This document shows positions 28,570 to 36,943 of a DNA stretch of 64,000 nt, piece after piece. The notes under the pieces are model-generated. The model made no database searches. It was given only the letters and a program-made list of their open reading frames with translations, and was not told the origin of the DNA. Position numbers and translations under genes: made by a program. Source of the DNA: Candidatus Latescibacterota bacterium (lineage in GTDB: Bacteria > Latescibacterota > UBA2968 > UBA8231); NCBI GenBank assembly GCA_965215195.1, contig CBDCDC010000001.1:608001-672000 (forward strand), in the 5' to 3' direction. Positions within the stretch are counted from its first letter, which is position 1. Each line of letters begins with the position of its first letter.

Positions 28570-29520
28570 ATGAAGTTGATCGTGCAGATTCCCTGCTTTG
28601 ACGAAGAGCAGACCCTGCCCGCTGTAATCCGCGACATCCCGCGCCAAGTGCCCGGCATCGACCAAGTCGAAATTTTGGTCATTGACGACGGCTCCAGCGA
28701 CCGCACCAGCGCGGTGGCGCGCGAGTGCGGTGCCGAGCACGTAATTCGCTTTCCGCACAACCGGGGGTTGGGGCAAGCCTTTAAGGCCGGTTTTGACGCT
28801 TGTCTGCGGCTGGGGGCCGACGTCATCGTCAACACCGATGGCGACAACCAGTACTGCGGCGGCGACATCGGCAAGCTAGTCGCGCCCATCCTCGGCGGCC
28901 GGGCCGACATGGTCATCGGCGACCGGCAGCCGCAGGCCATTGCCCATTTCTCCTTCCTCAAGCGCTGCCTACAGGGCTTGGGCAGCCGGGTGATTAGCCG
29001 CCTCGCCGGCGTACAGGTGCCGGATGTGGCCAGCGGCTTTCGCGCCTTTAGCCGCGAGTGCGCACTCCAGCTTTCGACCTTTACCCATTTCGACCACACG
29101 GCCGAGCACGTGATCGAGGCCGGCTACAAAAACTTGGCCGTGACCTCGGTCGCGGTCCGCACCAACCCCAAGACGCGCGAGTCGCGCCTCTTTTCCAACA
29201 TCGGCAAGTTCGTCTTCAAGTCCGCGGAGATCAGTTTGCGCACCTATGCGCGCTACGCCGCGCTCAAGATATTTGCCACCTGCGGCATTTTGACCTTTGT
29301 CGCCGGCTTTTGCCTCGGCGTGCGCTTTCTCTACTTCTTCTTTTGTACCGACGAAGGGGGGCTGCACGTGCAGTCGCTGATTTTGGCGGCGATTCTGCTG
29401 TTGGCCGGGTTTCAGATGTTTCTCACCGGCGTCATAGCCGATTTGATCGCCACCAATAGGGACTTGCTCGAAGACGCGTTGCAGCGGATCAAGAAGTTGG
29501 AATTGCGGAGCAAAAAATAA
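28570..29520 (+). CDS. Glycosyltransferase family 2 (polyprenol-phosphate type, two C-terminal TMs)
   Basis: IPCFDEE, IDDGSSD, NTDGDNQY, SGFRAF. Confidence 0.92.
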   Translation: MKLIVQIPCFDEEQTLPAVIRDIPRQVPGIDQVEILVIDDGSSDRTSAVARECGAEHVIRFPHNRGLGQAFKAGFDACLRLGADVIVNTDGDNQYCGGDIGKLVAPILGGRADMVIGDRQPQAIAHFSFLKRCLQGLGSRVISRLAGVQVPDVASGFRAFSRECALQLSTFTHFDHTAEHVIEAGYKNLAVTSVAVRTNPKTRESRLFSNIGKFVFKSAEISLRTYARYAALKIFATCGILTFVAGFCLGVRFLYFFFCTDEGGLHVQSLILAAILLLAGFQMFLTGVIADLIATNRDLLEDALQRIKKLELRSKK

Positions 29521-29528
29521 TTTCCCCC

Positions 29529-30491
29529 ATGCAAAAACCTGCGATTTACATAGACGGCCAAGAGGGGACGACCGGGCTGCGCATTCGCCAGATGCTAGCC
29601 GGACGCGAGGATGTGGAGGTGTTGCTCATTCCACCGGCGCAGCGCCGCGATCGGCGCGTACGGGCCGAGTTTCTCAGCCGAGCGGACTTGTGCGTGCTCT
29701 GCCTGCCCGACGACGCGGCCGCCGAGGCCCTCGCCTTGCTCGAAAACCCGCAGACCAAGGTCATCGACACGAGCACGGCGCGCCGGGTCCATCCCGAGTG
29801 GGTCTATGGGCTGCCCGAGATTGCACCCGCGCACAAAGAGCGGATTCGCCGCGCACAGCGAGTCGCCAATTGCGGTTGTTATCCGGTCGGCTTCATTCTC
29901 GCCGTGCGGCCCCTCATCGCACAGGGGCTGCTCCTGCCCACTGCGCCGCTGGCCATCAACGCGGTGTCCGGCTATTCTGGCGGGGGGCGCACGATGATCG
30001 CCGAGTACGAAGGAGAGGGCGGGCACAAGCCTTTCTGCCTGTACGGCCTCGATGGCGCGCACAAGCACTTGCCCGAGATGTGGAAATTCAGCGGGTGCGA
30101 AAAGCAACCGCTCTTTGTGCCGGCCGTCGATCATTCGTTCTGCGGCATGGTCGTCAGTACGCCGCTGGCCGCGGAATTTTTCGCCCGTCCCCGCGTCAAT
30201 CGCCAAGCAGTGTACGAGGTCTGGCGCGCGTACTACGCAGACTGTCCCTTTGTGAAGTTGATCGAGCCGCAAGACGCCGTCCTGCGCGACGACAAGTTCC
30301 TCGACCTAACCGAGTTGAGCCACACCAACTTCGTCGAGCTATCGGTCTGGGGCGACTCGGAGCGGGGGTTGGTTTTGGTCGGGCGGCTCGACAACCTCGG
30401 CAAAGGGGCGTCGGGCAATGCCGTGCAGTGCCTCAACTTGATGCTCGGCTGCGACGAAGCCGCAGGGCTAGGGCTAGATGCTGGTCGATAG
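29529..30491 (+). CDS. argC: N-acetyl-gamma-glutamyl-phosphate reductase (type 2)
   Basis: IDGQEGTTG, ANCGCY, SGYSGGG, LDNLGKGASG. Confidence 0.93.
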   Translation: MQKPAIYIDGQEGTTGLRIRQMLAGREDVEVLLIPPAQRRDRRVRAEFLSRADLCVLCLPDDAAAEALALLENPQTKVIDTSTARRVHPEWVYGLPEIAPAHKERIRRAQRVANCGCYPVGFILAVRPLIAQGLLLPTAPLAINAVSGYSGGGRTMIAEYEGEGGHKPFCLYGLDGAHKHLPEMWKFSGCEKQPLFVPAVDHSFCGMVVSTPLAAEFFARPRVNRQAVYEVWRAYYADCPFVKLIEPQDAVLRDDKFLDLTELSHTNFVELSVWGDSERGLVLVGRLDNLGKGASGNAVQCLNLMLGCDEAAGLGLDAGR

Positions 30492-31227
30492 CCACTGTCA
30501 TCTCGACCAATTCGCCGATGCGGCCGCCGTGCTCGCAACGGCCACCCAAGCCGGGGTGGGGCAGGTCGTCGCCGTCAGCGAAAGTGCCCGCTCTATGCGC
30601 ACCGTGCTCGCGCTCAAGCGGCGGCACCCAGACCAAGTGTTAGCCGGGCTGGGCTTGCATCCAGCTTGGGTCACCCAAGCCACAGGCGCAGAACTCGCAG
30701 ACGCGCTCGCCTATCTGGCCGCGCATCTGCCCGAGGCCGATGTCCTCGGCGAGGTTGGCCTCGACTACAAATGGGCGACCAGCCCGGCCCAGCAAGCCCA
30801 GCAGCAAGACGTCCTCGCGCAACAGCTCGCGCTCGCGGCACAGTGCGGCAAGCCGATCAACCTGCACTCGCGTCGCGCCCAGCGGCAGACCTTGGAGCGG
30901 GCCGTGGAATTTCGCCGCCGCACCCAGCTCAACGCCCAGTTACACTGGTTCACCCAGTCTAAAAAACTCGTGCGGATCTGCCGAGCGGAGCGGATCTACG
31001 TGTCCGTTGGTCCGTCCGTTTTGTGCGACCCCCAGACCCAAGCCGTGGCCGCGACCATCGACCGCGAGTTGCTGCTGTTGGAGACGGACGCGCCCGTGGC
31101 CATCGGCGGGGCTGCGGGCCATCCGGCGCAGGTGGCAGCAGTCGCCGCCAAACTAGCCGAACTCATCGGGTTCACCGCGGAAGAGGCCGCCGCCAATTGG
31201 GCGCGCTATTTGGGCAAGCTGCCGTGA
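30478..31227 (+). CDS. tatD: TatD family deoxyribonuclease
   Basis: DSHCH, GLHP, GEVGLD, LHSR, ETDAP. Confidence 0.9.
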   Translation: MLVDSHCHLDQFADAAAVLATATQAGVGQVVAVSESARSMRTVLALKRRHPDQVLAGLGLHPAWVTQATGAELADALAYLAAHLPEADVLGEVGLDYKWATSPAQQAQQQDVLAQQLALAAQCGKPINLHSRRAQRQTLERAVEFRRRTQLNAQLHWFTQSKKLVRICRAERIYVSVGPSVLCDPQTQAVAATIDRELLLLETDAPVAIGGAAGHPAQVAAVAAKLAELIGFTAEEAAANWARYLGKLP

Positions 31228-31291
31228 AAACACGGGCTGCGGTTTTACCATAGTATCAGCGCACTTGCGACAATCGGTAACAGGAGGAACC

Positions 31292-33067
31292 ATGCCAACG
31301 AGCATTTTTGTCCTTGCTTTCGCCCTCGTCTTTTGCGGGCTAGCAGGACCAGTGAGCGCCCAACAAGGCCTAGGAAATTTGGAAAATCTGATCGATCTCG
31401 GCGGCGGCGGAGGCAAACTCCAAGCCCTTTCCACGTCCGACCTGCCGGATCTAAATCAGGATTTGATCTCCGGTAAGGCGCGCTTGCCCAGCAGTTTAAG
31501 CGCGGATAAGACGCGCATCGGCCAAGATCGCGATATAGACCCAGACACGTACATCGTCGGCCCCAACGACGTATTGCAGCTCTATATCTGGGGCGAATTC
31601 GACCAGCCCTATACGTTGCAGATCGATCCAGAGGGCAATGTCCTCATCCCCACTGTCGGCTCGTTCCACATTTCGGGCCTGTCCCTGACCGCGGCCAAAG
31701 AGCACCTCTCGACCGCAGTCCGAAACAAGTATCCCAACGTAGAACTCAGTATCTCCCTCGTGAGTATGCGCTTCTTCACGGCGTACGTCACCGGCGCAGT
31801 AATAAACGAGGGCAGCTTCACCATCCATCCGACCACGCGGGTTGCAGATATAATCAATCGGGCCGGCGGCTTTAGGGGCCGGTTGCAAGGGATCGCTTCG
31901 CCGGGTCAGGGCATCGATGAGCAGCTCCTGCGCGCGAATCAAGGCACGAACCGCGACATAGGCCGGCGCTCCATTGAGCTGATCCACCGCGACGGCACCA
32001 GCGAGCGCGTGGATCTCGACATGTTTCTCGCCACCGGCGATCTCGCGCACAACCCCTACGTGCGCATGGGCGACGTGGTCCACGTCTCGTTTCGCAAGCA
32101 TTCGGTGCATATCTTCGGCGCGGTCAACGAAGAGGGCGAATACGAGTTCCTGCCCGGGGACACCCTCGGCGACCTCGTGACATTGGCCAGGGGCTTGCAC
32201 CGCTCCAAGCCCCTGATCAGCGCCGAACTCTGGCGCTTTCAGGAGGGAACCGAGCAGGCCGAAGTCATCGAACTGAGCGGCGACAAAGAAGCAATGGAGG
32301 AGTTAGACTACGAGAAAATCCGCCACATTGCGCTACGCCCCAACGACGCGGTCTTCATCCGCGCACGGTCGCTGTGGCAGTCCACGCACACGGTCGTGAT
32401 CTCTGGCGAGGTCGCTTTCCAAGGCCGCTACCGCATCGAACCCGGCGTCACCCGCGTCAAGGACGTGGTAGCCGCGGCCGGCGGCCTAACCGGCGAGGCG
32501 TCGCTCATCGGCGCCCGAGTGATCCGCACCAAGGTACGGGCCGAGAGAGACCCCCAGCTAGAGCAGCTAAAGAGACAGAGCGAGGTGGCTGGCCTCATCT
32601 ACATGAACATTGAGGATAGGGCCTATCTCAAGACCAAAACGCGCGAGGAAAAGGGGCGGGTCGCCGTCGATTTCGAGCGGCTGTTTGTCCATGGCGACGA
32701 GGGGCAAAACATCCTGCTCGCCAGCGGCGACGTGATCTTTTTCCCCATGCAGCGGCACACCATCAGCGTCAGTGGCCAAGTGCAACGAGCCGGGCTGATC
32801 GACTACGAGCCAAGCCGCGACGTGCGCTACTACATAGCCAAGGCCGGCGGGTACTTATACGACGCCGACAAACGCAATGCCCGTCTAGTCCGGGCGCGCA
32901 CGGGTGTGCGCGAGAAACTCAAAGACAACCTGCTAGTTGAGGTCGGCGACGAAATATGGGTGCCCCAAAAGGAGCGCATCAACTACTTGGTATTCTTCCA
33001 AGAGACTGTGCGCACCGCCGCTAGTGTCCTCGCCCTCGTACTCGCGGTGCAGACGGTGTCGCGGTAG
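31292..33067 (+). CDS. Polysaccharide export protein with SLBB repeats (Wza/KpsD-like)
   Basis: YIVGPND, IPTVG, repeated V.G.V..G.Y SLBB units; signal peptide; AGGAGG RBS. Confidence 0.88.
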   Translation: MPTSIFVLAFALVFCGLAGPVSAQQGLGNLENLIDLGGGGGKLQALSTSDLPDLNQDLISGKARLPSSLSADKTRIGQDRDIDPDTYIVGPNDVLQLYIWGEFDQPYTLQIDPEGNVLIPTVGSFHISGLSLTAAKEHLSTAVRNKYPNVELSISLVSMRFFTAYVTGAVINEGSFTIHPTTRVADIINRAGGFRGRLQGIASPGQGIDEQLLRANQGTNRDIGRRSIELIHRDGTSERVDLDMFLATGDLAHNPYVRMGDVVHVSFRKHSVHIFGAVNEEGEYEFLPGDTLGDLVTLARGLHRSKPLISAELWRFQEGTEQAEVIELSGDKEAMEELDYEKIRHIALRPNDAVFIRARSLWQSTHTVVISGEVAFQGRYRIEPGVTRVKDVVAAAGGLTGEASLIGARVIRTKVRAERDPQLEQLKRQSEVAGLIYMNIEDRAYLKTKTREEKGRVAVDFERLFVHGDEGQNILLASGDVIFFPMQRHTISVSGQVQRAGLIDYEPSRDVRYYIAKAGGYLYDADKRNARLVRARTGVREKLKDNLLVEVGDEIWVPQKERINYLVFFQETVRTAASVLALVLAVQTVSR

Positions 33068-33112
33068 TAATGGACCAAGCCCGCCGCCATCTCGCCCTCG
33101 TACTCGCGGTGC
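33029..33112 (+). repeat. 22 bp direct repeat of the gene's 3' end (CTCGCCCTCGTACTCGCGGTGC)
   Basis: 33029-33050 is identical to 33091-33112. Confidence 0.85.
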
Positions 33113-33150
33113 GGTCTCTTTAGACAAAGAATCCCAAGGAGCACTACTGG

Positions 33151-34317
33151 ATGAATACCCGCAAAAAAGAAATCGACATCATCGATCTGCTAACGGCGCT
33201 CCACGCGGGCCGCTGGCTGATCATCGGCGGCACCTTGGCCATCTGCGTCTTGGCCGGTGGCCTCAGCTTCCTCTTGCCAAAGGAATACGAGGCCACCGTG
33301 CAAATTCTGCCCCCCCGCGAGGAGAAGCAGAGTTTCGGTTTTTCCAGCCTGCTCTCCTCCTTGCCCATACCCACCTTGCGCCTCGGGGAAAGGGGTACGC
33401 CGGCTGACATTTCGCTCGCGACCATCAAGAGCTTGACGACGCGGCGGCGGATGGTCGAGAAATTTGGCTTGATGCAGCGCTACGAGTCTCGCACCCTGAC
33501 CGACGCGCTCGAAACCCTCGCCGACCAAACCACGGCCGACATGACCGAAGAGGGCATGCTCGCAGTCTCAGTACTCGACCCAGATCCGCAGATGGCCGCG
33601 GACATGGCCAATTATTACATCGTCTTGCTCGATAGCACCAACAAGCACTTCTCGCACAAGACCGCTTCCGAGCGCTTGGATTTTATCCGCAGGCTTTTGC
33701 AAGAAGAGGATAAAAAGCTAGAGGACAAGATGAAGCGGCTGGAGCAGTTCCAGTCCGAGCACAACGCCATCTCGATCGCCGACCAAGCCCGCGCGGTGAT
33801 TCTGACTGCCACCTCCATGCAGACCGCCGCAATGGAGCTCGCAATTGAGCGCCAACGGCTTATGCAATCTGGTCTAGGCCGCGGCCACGACAAGGTCAAA
33901 AAGCTCGAGCGCGAAATTCTACTGCGGGAAGAGACCTTGGCTTTCTTGCGCGACGGCCTCAAACCCGCCGACAACAGCCTGCTGCAACTAAAGCTGGACG
34001 AAAACCTCTTCCTGCCGCTCAAGCAGATCCCGAGCGTGGCCCAAGAGTACGCGAACTTAGAAAAGGACGTGCTCGTGCAGACGTCCCTTTTGCTGGTCCT
34101 GCTGCAACAGGAGGCCCAAGCCCTGATCGAGGCCAAGGACGCCACTTCGACCGTGCAGGTGCTCGACCCGGCCACGCCGCCCGAAATCAAGGCCAAGCCC
34201 CAGCGCATGCTAATCGTATTCATCGCCGGCCTACTCAGCCTCATCGCCTCATTCTCCTATGTGTTAGGGGCAGTGTACATGCGAGATCTGCAACAGCGCT
34301 GGCGCGAGCGGCGATGA
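33151..34317 (+). CDS. Polysaccharide chain-length determinant (Wzz/GumC family)
   Basis: EIDIIDLL, two terminal TMs, VQVLDPATPP..KP.R. Confidence 0.88.
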   Translation: MNTRKKEIDIIDLLTALHAGRWLIIGGTLAICVLAGGLSFLLPKEYEATVQILPPREEKQSFGFSSLLSSLPIPTLRLGERGTPADISLATIKSLTTRRRMVEKFGLMQRYESRTLTDALETLADQTTADMTEEGMLAVSVLDPDPQMAADMANYYIVLLDSTNKHFSHKTASERLDFIRRLLQEEDKKLEDKMKRLEQFQSEHNAISIADQARAVILTATSMQTAAMELAIERQRLMQSGLGRGHDKVKKLEREILLREETLAFLRDGLKPADNSLLQLKLDENLFLPLKQIPSVAQEYANLEKDVLVQTSLLLVLLQQEAQALIEAKDATSTVQVLDPATPPEIKAKPQRMLIVFIAGLLSLIASFSYVLGAVYMRDLQQRWRERR

Positions 34318-34751
34318 CTATTCAAGTGAAGGTCATCAACAAGGGGGGCCAACCGCTGCCCACCTATGAGACGGCGCACAGCGCCGGCCTCGACTTGCAC
34401 GCGGCCTTGTCAAAAGCAGTGGTCTTAGCGTCCGGCGAGCGCACCCTCATTCCCACGGGCCTATTCCTCGAAATCCCCCCGGGCTACGAAGCGCAGGTCA
34501 GGCCGCGCAGTGGTTTGGCCCTCAAGCGCGGCCTGACCCTGCTCAACGCCCCGGGCACAATCGACGCCGACTACCGGGGCGAAGTCGGCGTCATTGTGGT
34601 CAACCTTTCGGCCGAGGACCAGCGCATCGCCCCGGGCGACCGCATCGCCCAGCTCATTTTCGCGCCGGTGACGCGCGGCGAGTGGATCGAGGCCGAGACG
34701 CTCGCTACAACCGAGCGCGGCCGCGGCGGCTTTGGCTCGACCGGGGTGTAG
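34314..34751 (+). CDS. dut: dUTP diphosphatase
   Basis: AGLDL, RPRSGLA, GTIDADYRGE, RGRGGFGSTG. Confidence 0.97.
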   Translation: MTIQVKVINKGGQPLPTYETAHSAGLDLHAALSKAVVLASGERTLIPTGLFLEIPPGYEAQVRPRSGLALKRGLTLLNAPGTIDADYRGEVGVIVVNLSAEDQRIAPGDRIAQLIFAPVTRGEWIEAETLATTERGRGGFGSTGV

Positions 34752-34781
34752 CTTGCCGGAAAGCATCTGTACCAATGAATT

Positions 34782-34815
34782 GGCCGCTGGGTCCCACAAC
34801 CCGGCGGCCTTTTTT
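34782..34815 (+). terminator. Rho-independent terminator after dut
   Basis: GGCCGCTGGG...CCCGGCGGCC stem followed by T6. Confidence 0.8.
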
Positions 34816-34866
34816 GTGAGCCGAGCCGACGCCCGGCCGCAAGAAAAGGGACGATGGGGCCTTTTA

Positions 34867-34903
34867 CCATGAAAATTCGGACTTGTATTCCGAATTTTCA
34901 TGG
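34867..34903. repeat. Perfect 15 bp inverted repeat with 7 nt spacer
   Basis: CCATGAAAATTCGGA-CTTGTAT-TCCGAATTTTCATGG. Confidence 0.85.
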
Positions 34904-35002
34904 GAGACCATCGAACAACTCAGTGTGCAGATGATCAATTCGCGTGAGCAGTAGCTAGGAGTCATCGCGCCGCGTCGTCCAACTACAATAAAAAAAACAA
35001 AC

Positions 35003-35597
35003 ATGGAACGCGTTTATTTTACGCCTTGGATCGGCGACAACTACCGGAGTGGTCGTCGTTTTGGAAAACGAGTACTCGTTCTTGGCGAATCGCATTATGA
35101 GTGGGACGAAGGTACGCCGCGATTACGACCCAATCTGACAATTCAGTGTATCGAAGAGCAGCTATCAGGTGAAGCAACTCATGCGTTCTGGACGAAAATT
35201 GCTATCGCGTTATTGAACAAGCATCCTTCCATCGAGGACAAAAGAGAGTTTTGGCATTCCGTTGCTTTTTACAGCTACATTCAGGAGAGCGTTGGTTTTG
35301 GAGCACACAAACCTCCCACCAAGGAGATGTGGAACAGAGCCCCTGAAGCGTTCAACAAAGTGCTTTCTGAACTTTGCCCTCAATTTATCGCAGTACTTGG
35401 CTATCGATTGTGGGAAAAAATTCCAGAAGATGGCTCACAAGGGCCGACGGTAAGCGATGCTCGCGGCAATGACGTACACATTTGGTGCTGGGAAGGCATG
35501 GGCGTTTCGGATGATGCATCCGTCGGGATCGTTCAGTTCTCGGAGTTGGCATACCCCTTTGATGCAAGCACTTAAGCGTACGCCGGGTTCACACTAA
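35003..35597 (+). pseudogene. Uracil-DNA-glycosylase-like protein, frameshifted near its 3' end
   Basis: VLVLGESHY motif in the ORF frame; the expected HPS motif (AFRMMHPSGSFSSRSWH) lies in the +1 frame and ends at TAA 35595-35597. Confidence 0.65.
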
Positions 35598-35714
35598 TGC
35601 GCTCTACCGCAGGCTCTCGACTACAATGGTGTCCAGAAGCATTGTCAAGAAGAATGACGATTTGGTAGTGGACCAATTTGAAACTCTAATGGTAATAAAG
35701 GAGTATCCATGTCA

Positions 35715-36068
35715 CTACCTACGATTTTGTTTGGGAAACAGATAATTTACTATGATGGCGAGCAATCCAATGACTTTGACCGTCGTACCTGCAATTAAAG
35801 CAATAAGCACTCCATCCGGGAGGGCAAAATCGCCTACGTTAAATCCAGAAAAAAAGAGAACTGTGGATAGTATCATGAGCCATCCGACAACGAGGAAGTA
35901 TATCAAATATCCGTATTTCTTGCGATTTTCTATATTTTGCTCATCGCTTCGATTGTTCAATTTTATACGTTCAAGTTCAGCCTCGGCAATCTGTTGTTCG
36001 ATGTTATCCTCGCCTGTGCTCTCTCCCGGGGGGATACGCCTTAATTTATTTTTTTCCTCGTCTGTCAT
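35715..36068 (-). CDS. 2-TM protein, putative toxin partner of the Panacea antitoxin
   Basis: 117 aa, charged N-terminus plus two TMs; ATGA overlap with the upstream gene. Confidence 0.7.
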   Translation of the reverse strand: MTDEEKNKLRRIPPGESTGEDNIEQQIAEAELERIKLNNRSDEQNIENRKKYGYLIYFLVVGWLMILSTVLFFSGFNVGDFALPDGVLIALIAGTTVKVIGLLAIIVNYLFPKQNRR

Positions 36069-36559
36069 AGAAGGCGTTCCTTATAGTATTTTTCTATAAG
36101 AGCATTATCTATATTAGCATTTTTTATTGGATCCACCTTTTTGCGTATTTGACTCCAAGGGCTACCTTCTTCATGTGTCATAGCAGACAACTCACCGGCA
36201 CTAAAGCGGCCATATAGTTCCCATATCCGGTTGAGAAAAGCAATGGTACGCTCATCATCAGGCTTGATGCGGGGTATGTGGCTATCCCATTTTTTAAGAA
36301 AATAAGTCCACGCTAATGCCGGTTCAAGGATTGGCCCTGAACCAAATCGCTTGAATTCGTGATAGATAGAGGGAAAGACCGGCCCATATTTCCATGCTTC
36401 AGCCAACTCATCTTGGACAAGGGGTTCCCCATAAAGGGCCAAATGCCAACTATGAGCAATATAGACCAACTTTTGAATCTTTAACGGCGAAATAGCCTTT
36501 TTGGCCGAAAGTTCGAAGAAGTAGTTGGCGATCTCCTTTGCTGAGTATGAGTATTCCAT
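36065..36559 (-). CDS. Panacea (DUF4065/GepA/SocA-like) antitoxin
   Basis: IANYF, LKIQKLVY, EAWKYGPV, LSAMTHEEGSPW. Confidence 0.9.
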   Translation of the reverse strand: MEYSYSAKEIANYFFELSAKKAISPLKIQKLVYIAHSWHLALYGEPLVQDELAEAWKYGPVFPSIYHEFKRFGSGPILEPALAWTYFLKKWDSHIPRIKPDDERTIAFLNRIWELYGRFSAGELSAMTHEEGSPWSQIRKKVDPIKNANIDNALIEKYYKERLL

Positions 36560-36667
36560 GTCCCTTTCTCCTATTCAAAGGATCATATAATGAACAAATG
36601 AATACCCTTTAACCGCGTCAACACGTTTCGTATGTATCTATTTTGCATATCTATGGAATAACGCGGT

Positions 36668-36937
36668 TTAAGCCGCGCCCCCAGCCAATGCCGGCAAGAA
36701 GTGGACCTCGCTTTGCGGCCCCACCTTGGCCCGCAACCCGGCCGCGACGATTTCGCCATCCACCGCAACGGCGATCTCGGTCTTGATGCGGTCGCCGTCG
36801 AGAATCCGCTCCTTGAACTTAGGGTAGCGGGCGTCGAGCGCGGCAATGACCTCGCGCACGGTCGCGCCCTCTACCTCTACTTGCTGCTGACCGTCGGTCA
36901 GCTTTTGCATCAGCGAAGGAATCCAAACTACGGGCAT
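36668..36937 (-). CDS. MoaD/ThiS family sulfur carrier
   Basis: VEGATVREVIAALDARYP...FLPALAGG, followed by AA. Confidence 0.85.
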   Translation of the reverse strand: MPVVWIPSLMQKLTDGQQQVEVEGATVREVIAALDARYPKFKERILDGDRIKTEIAVAVDGEIVAAGLRAKVGPQSEVHFLPALAGGAA

Positions 36938-36943
36938 GATGGG

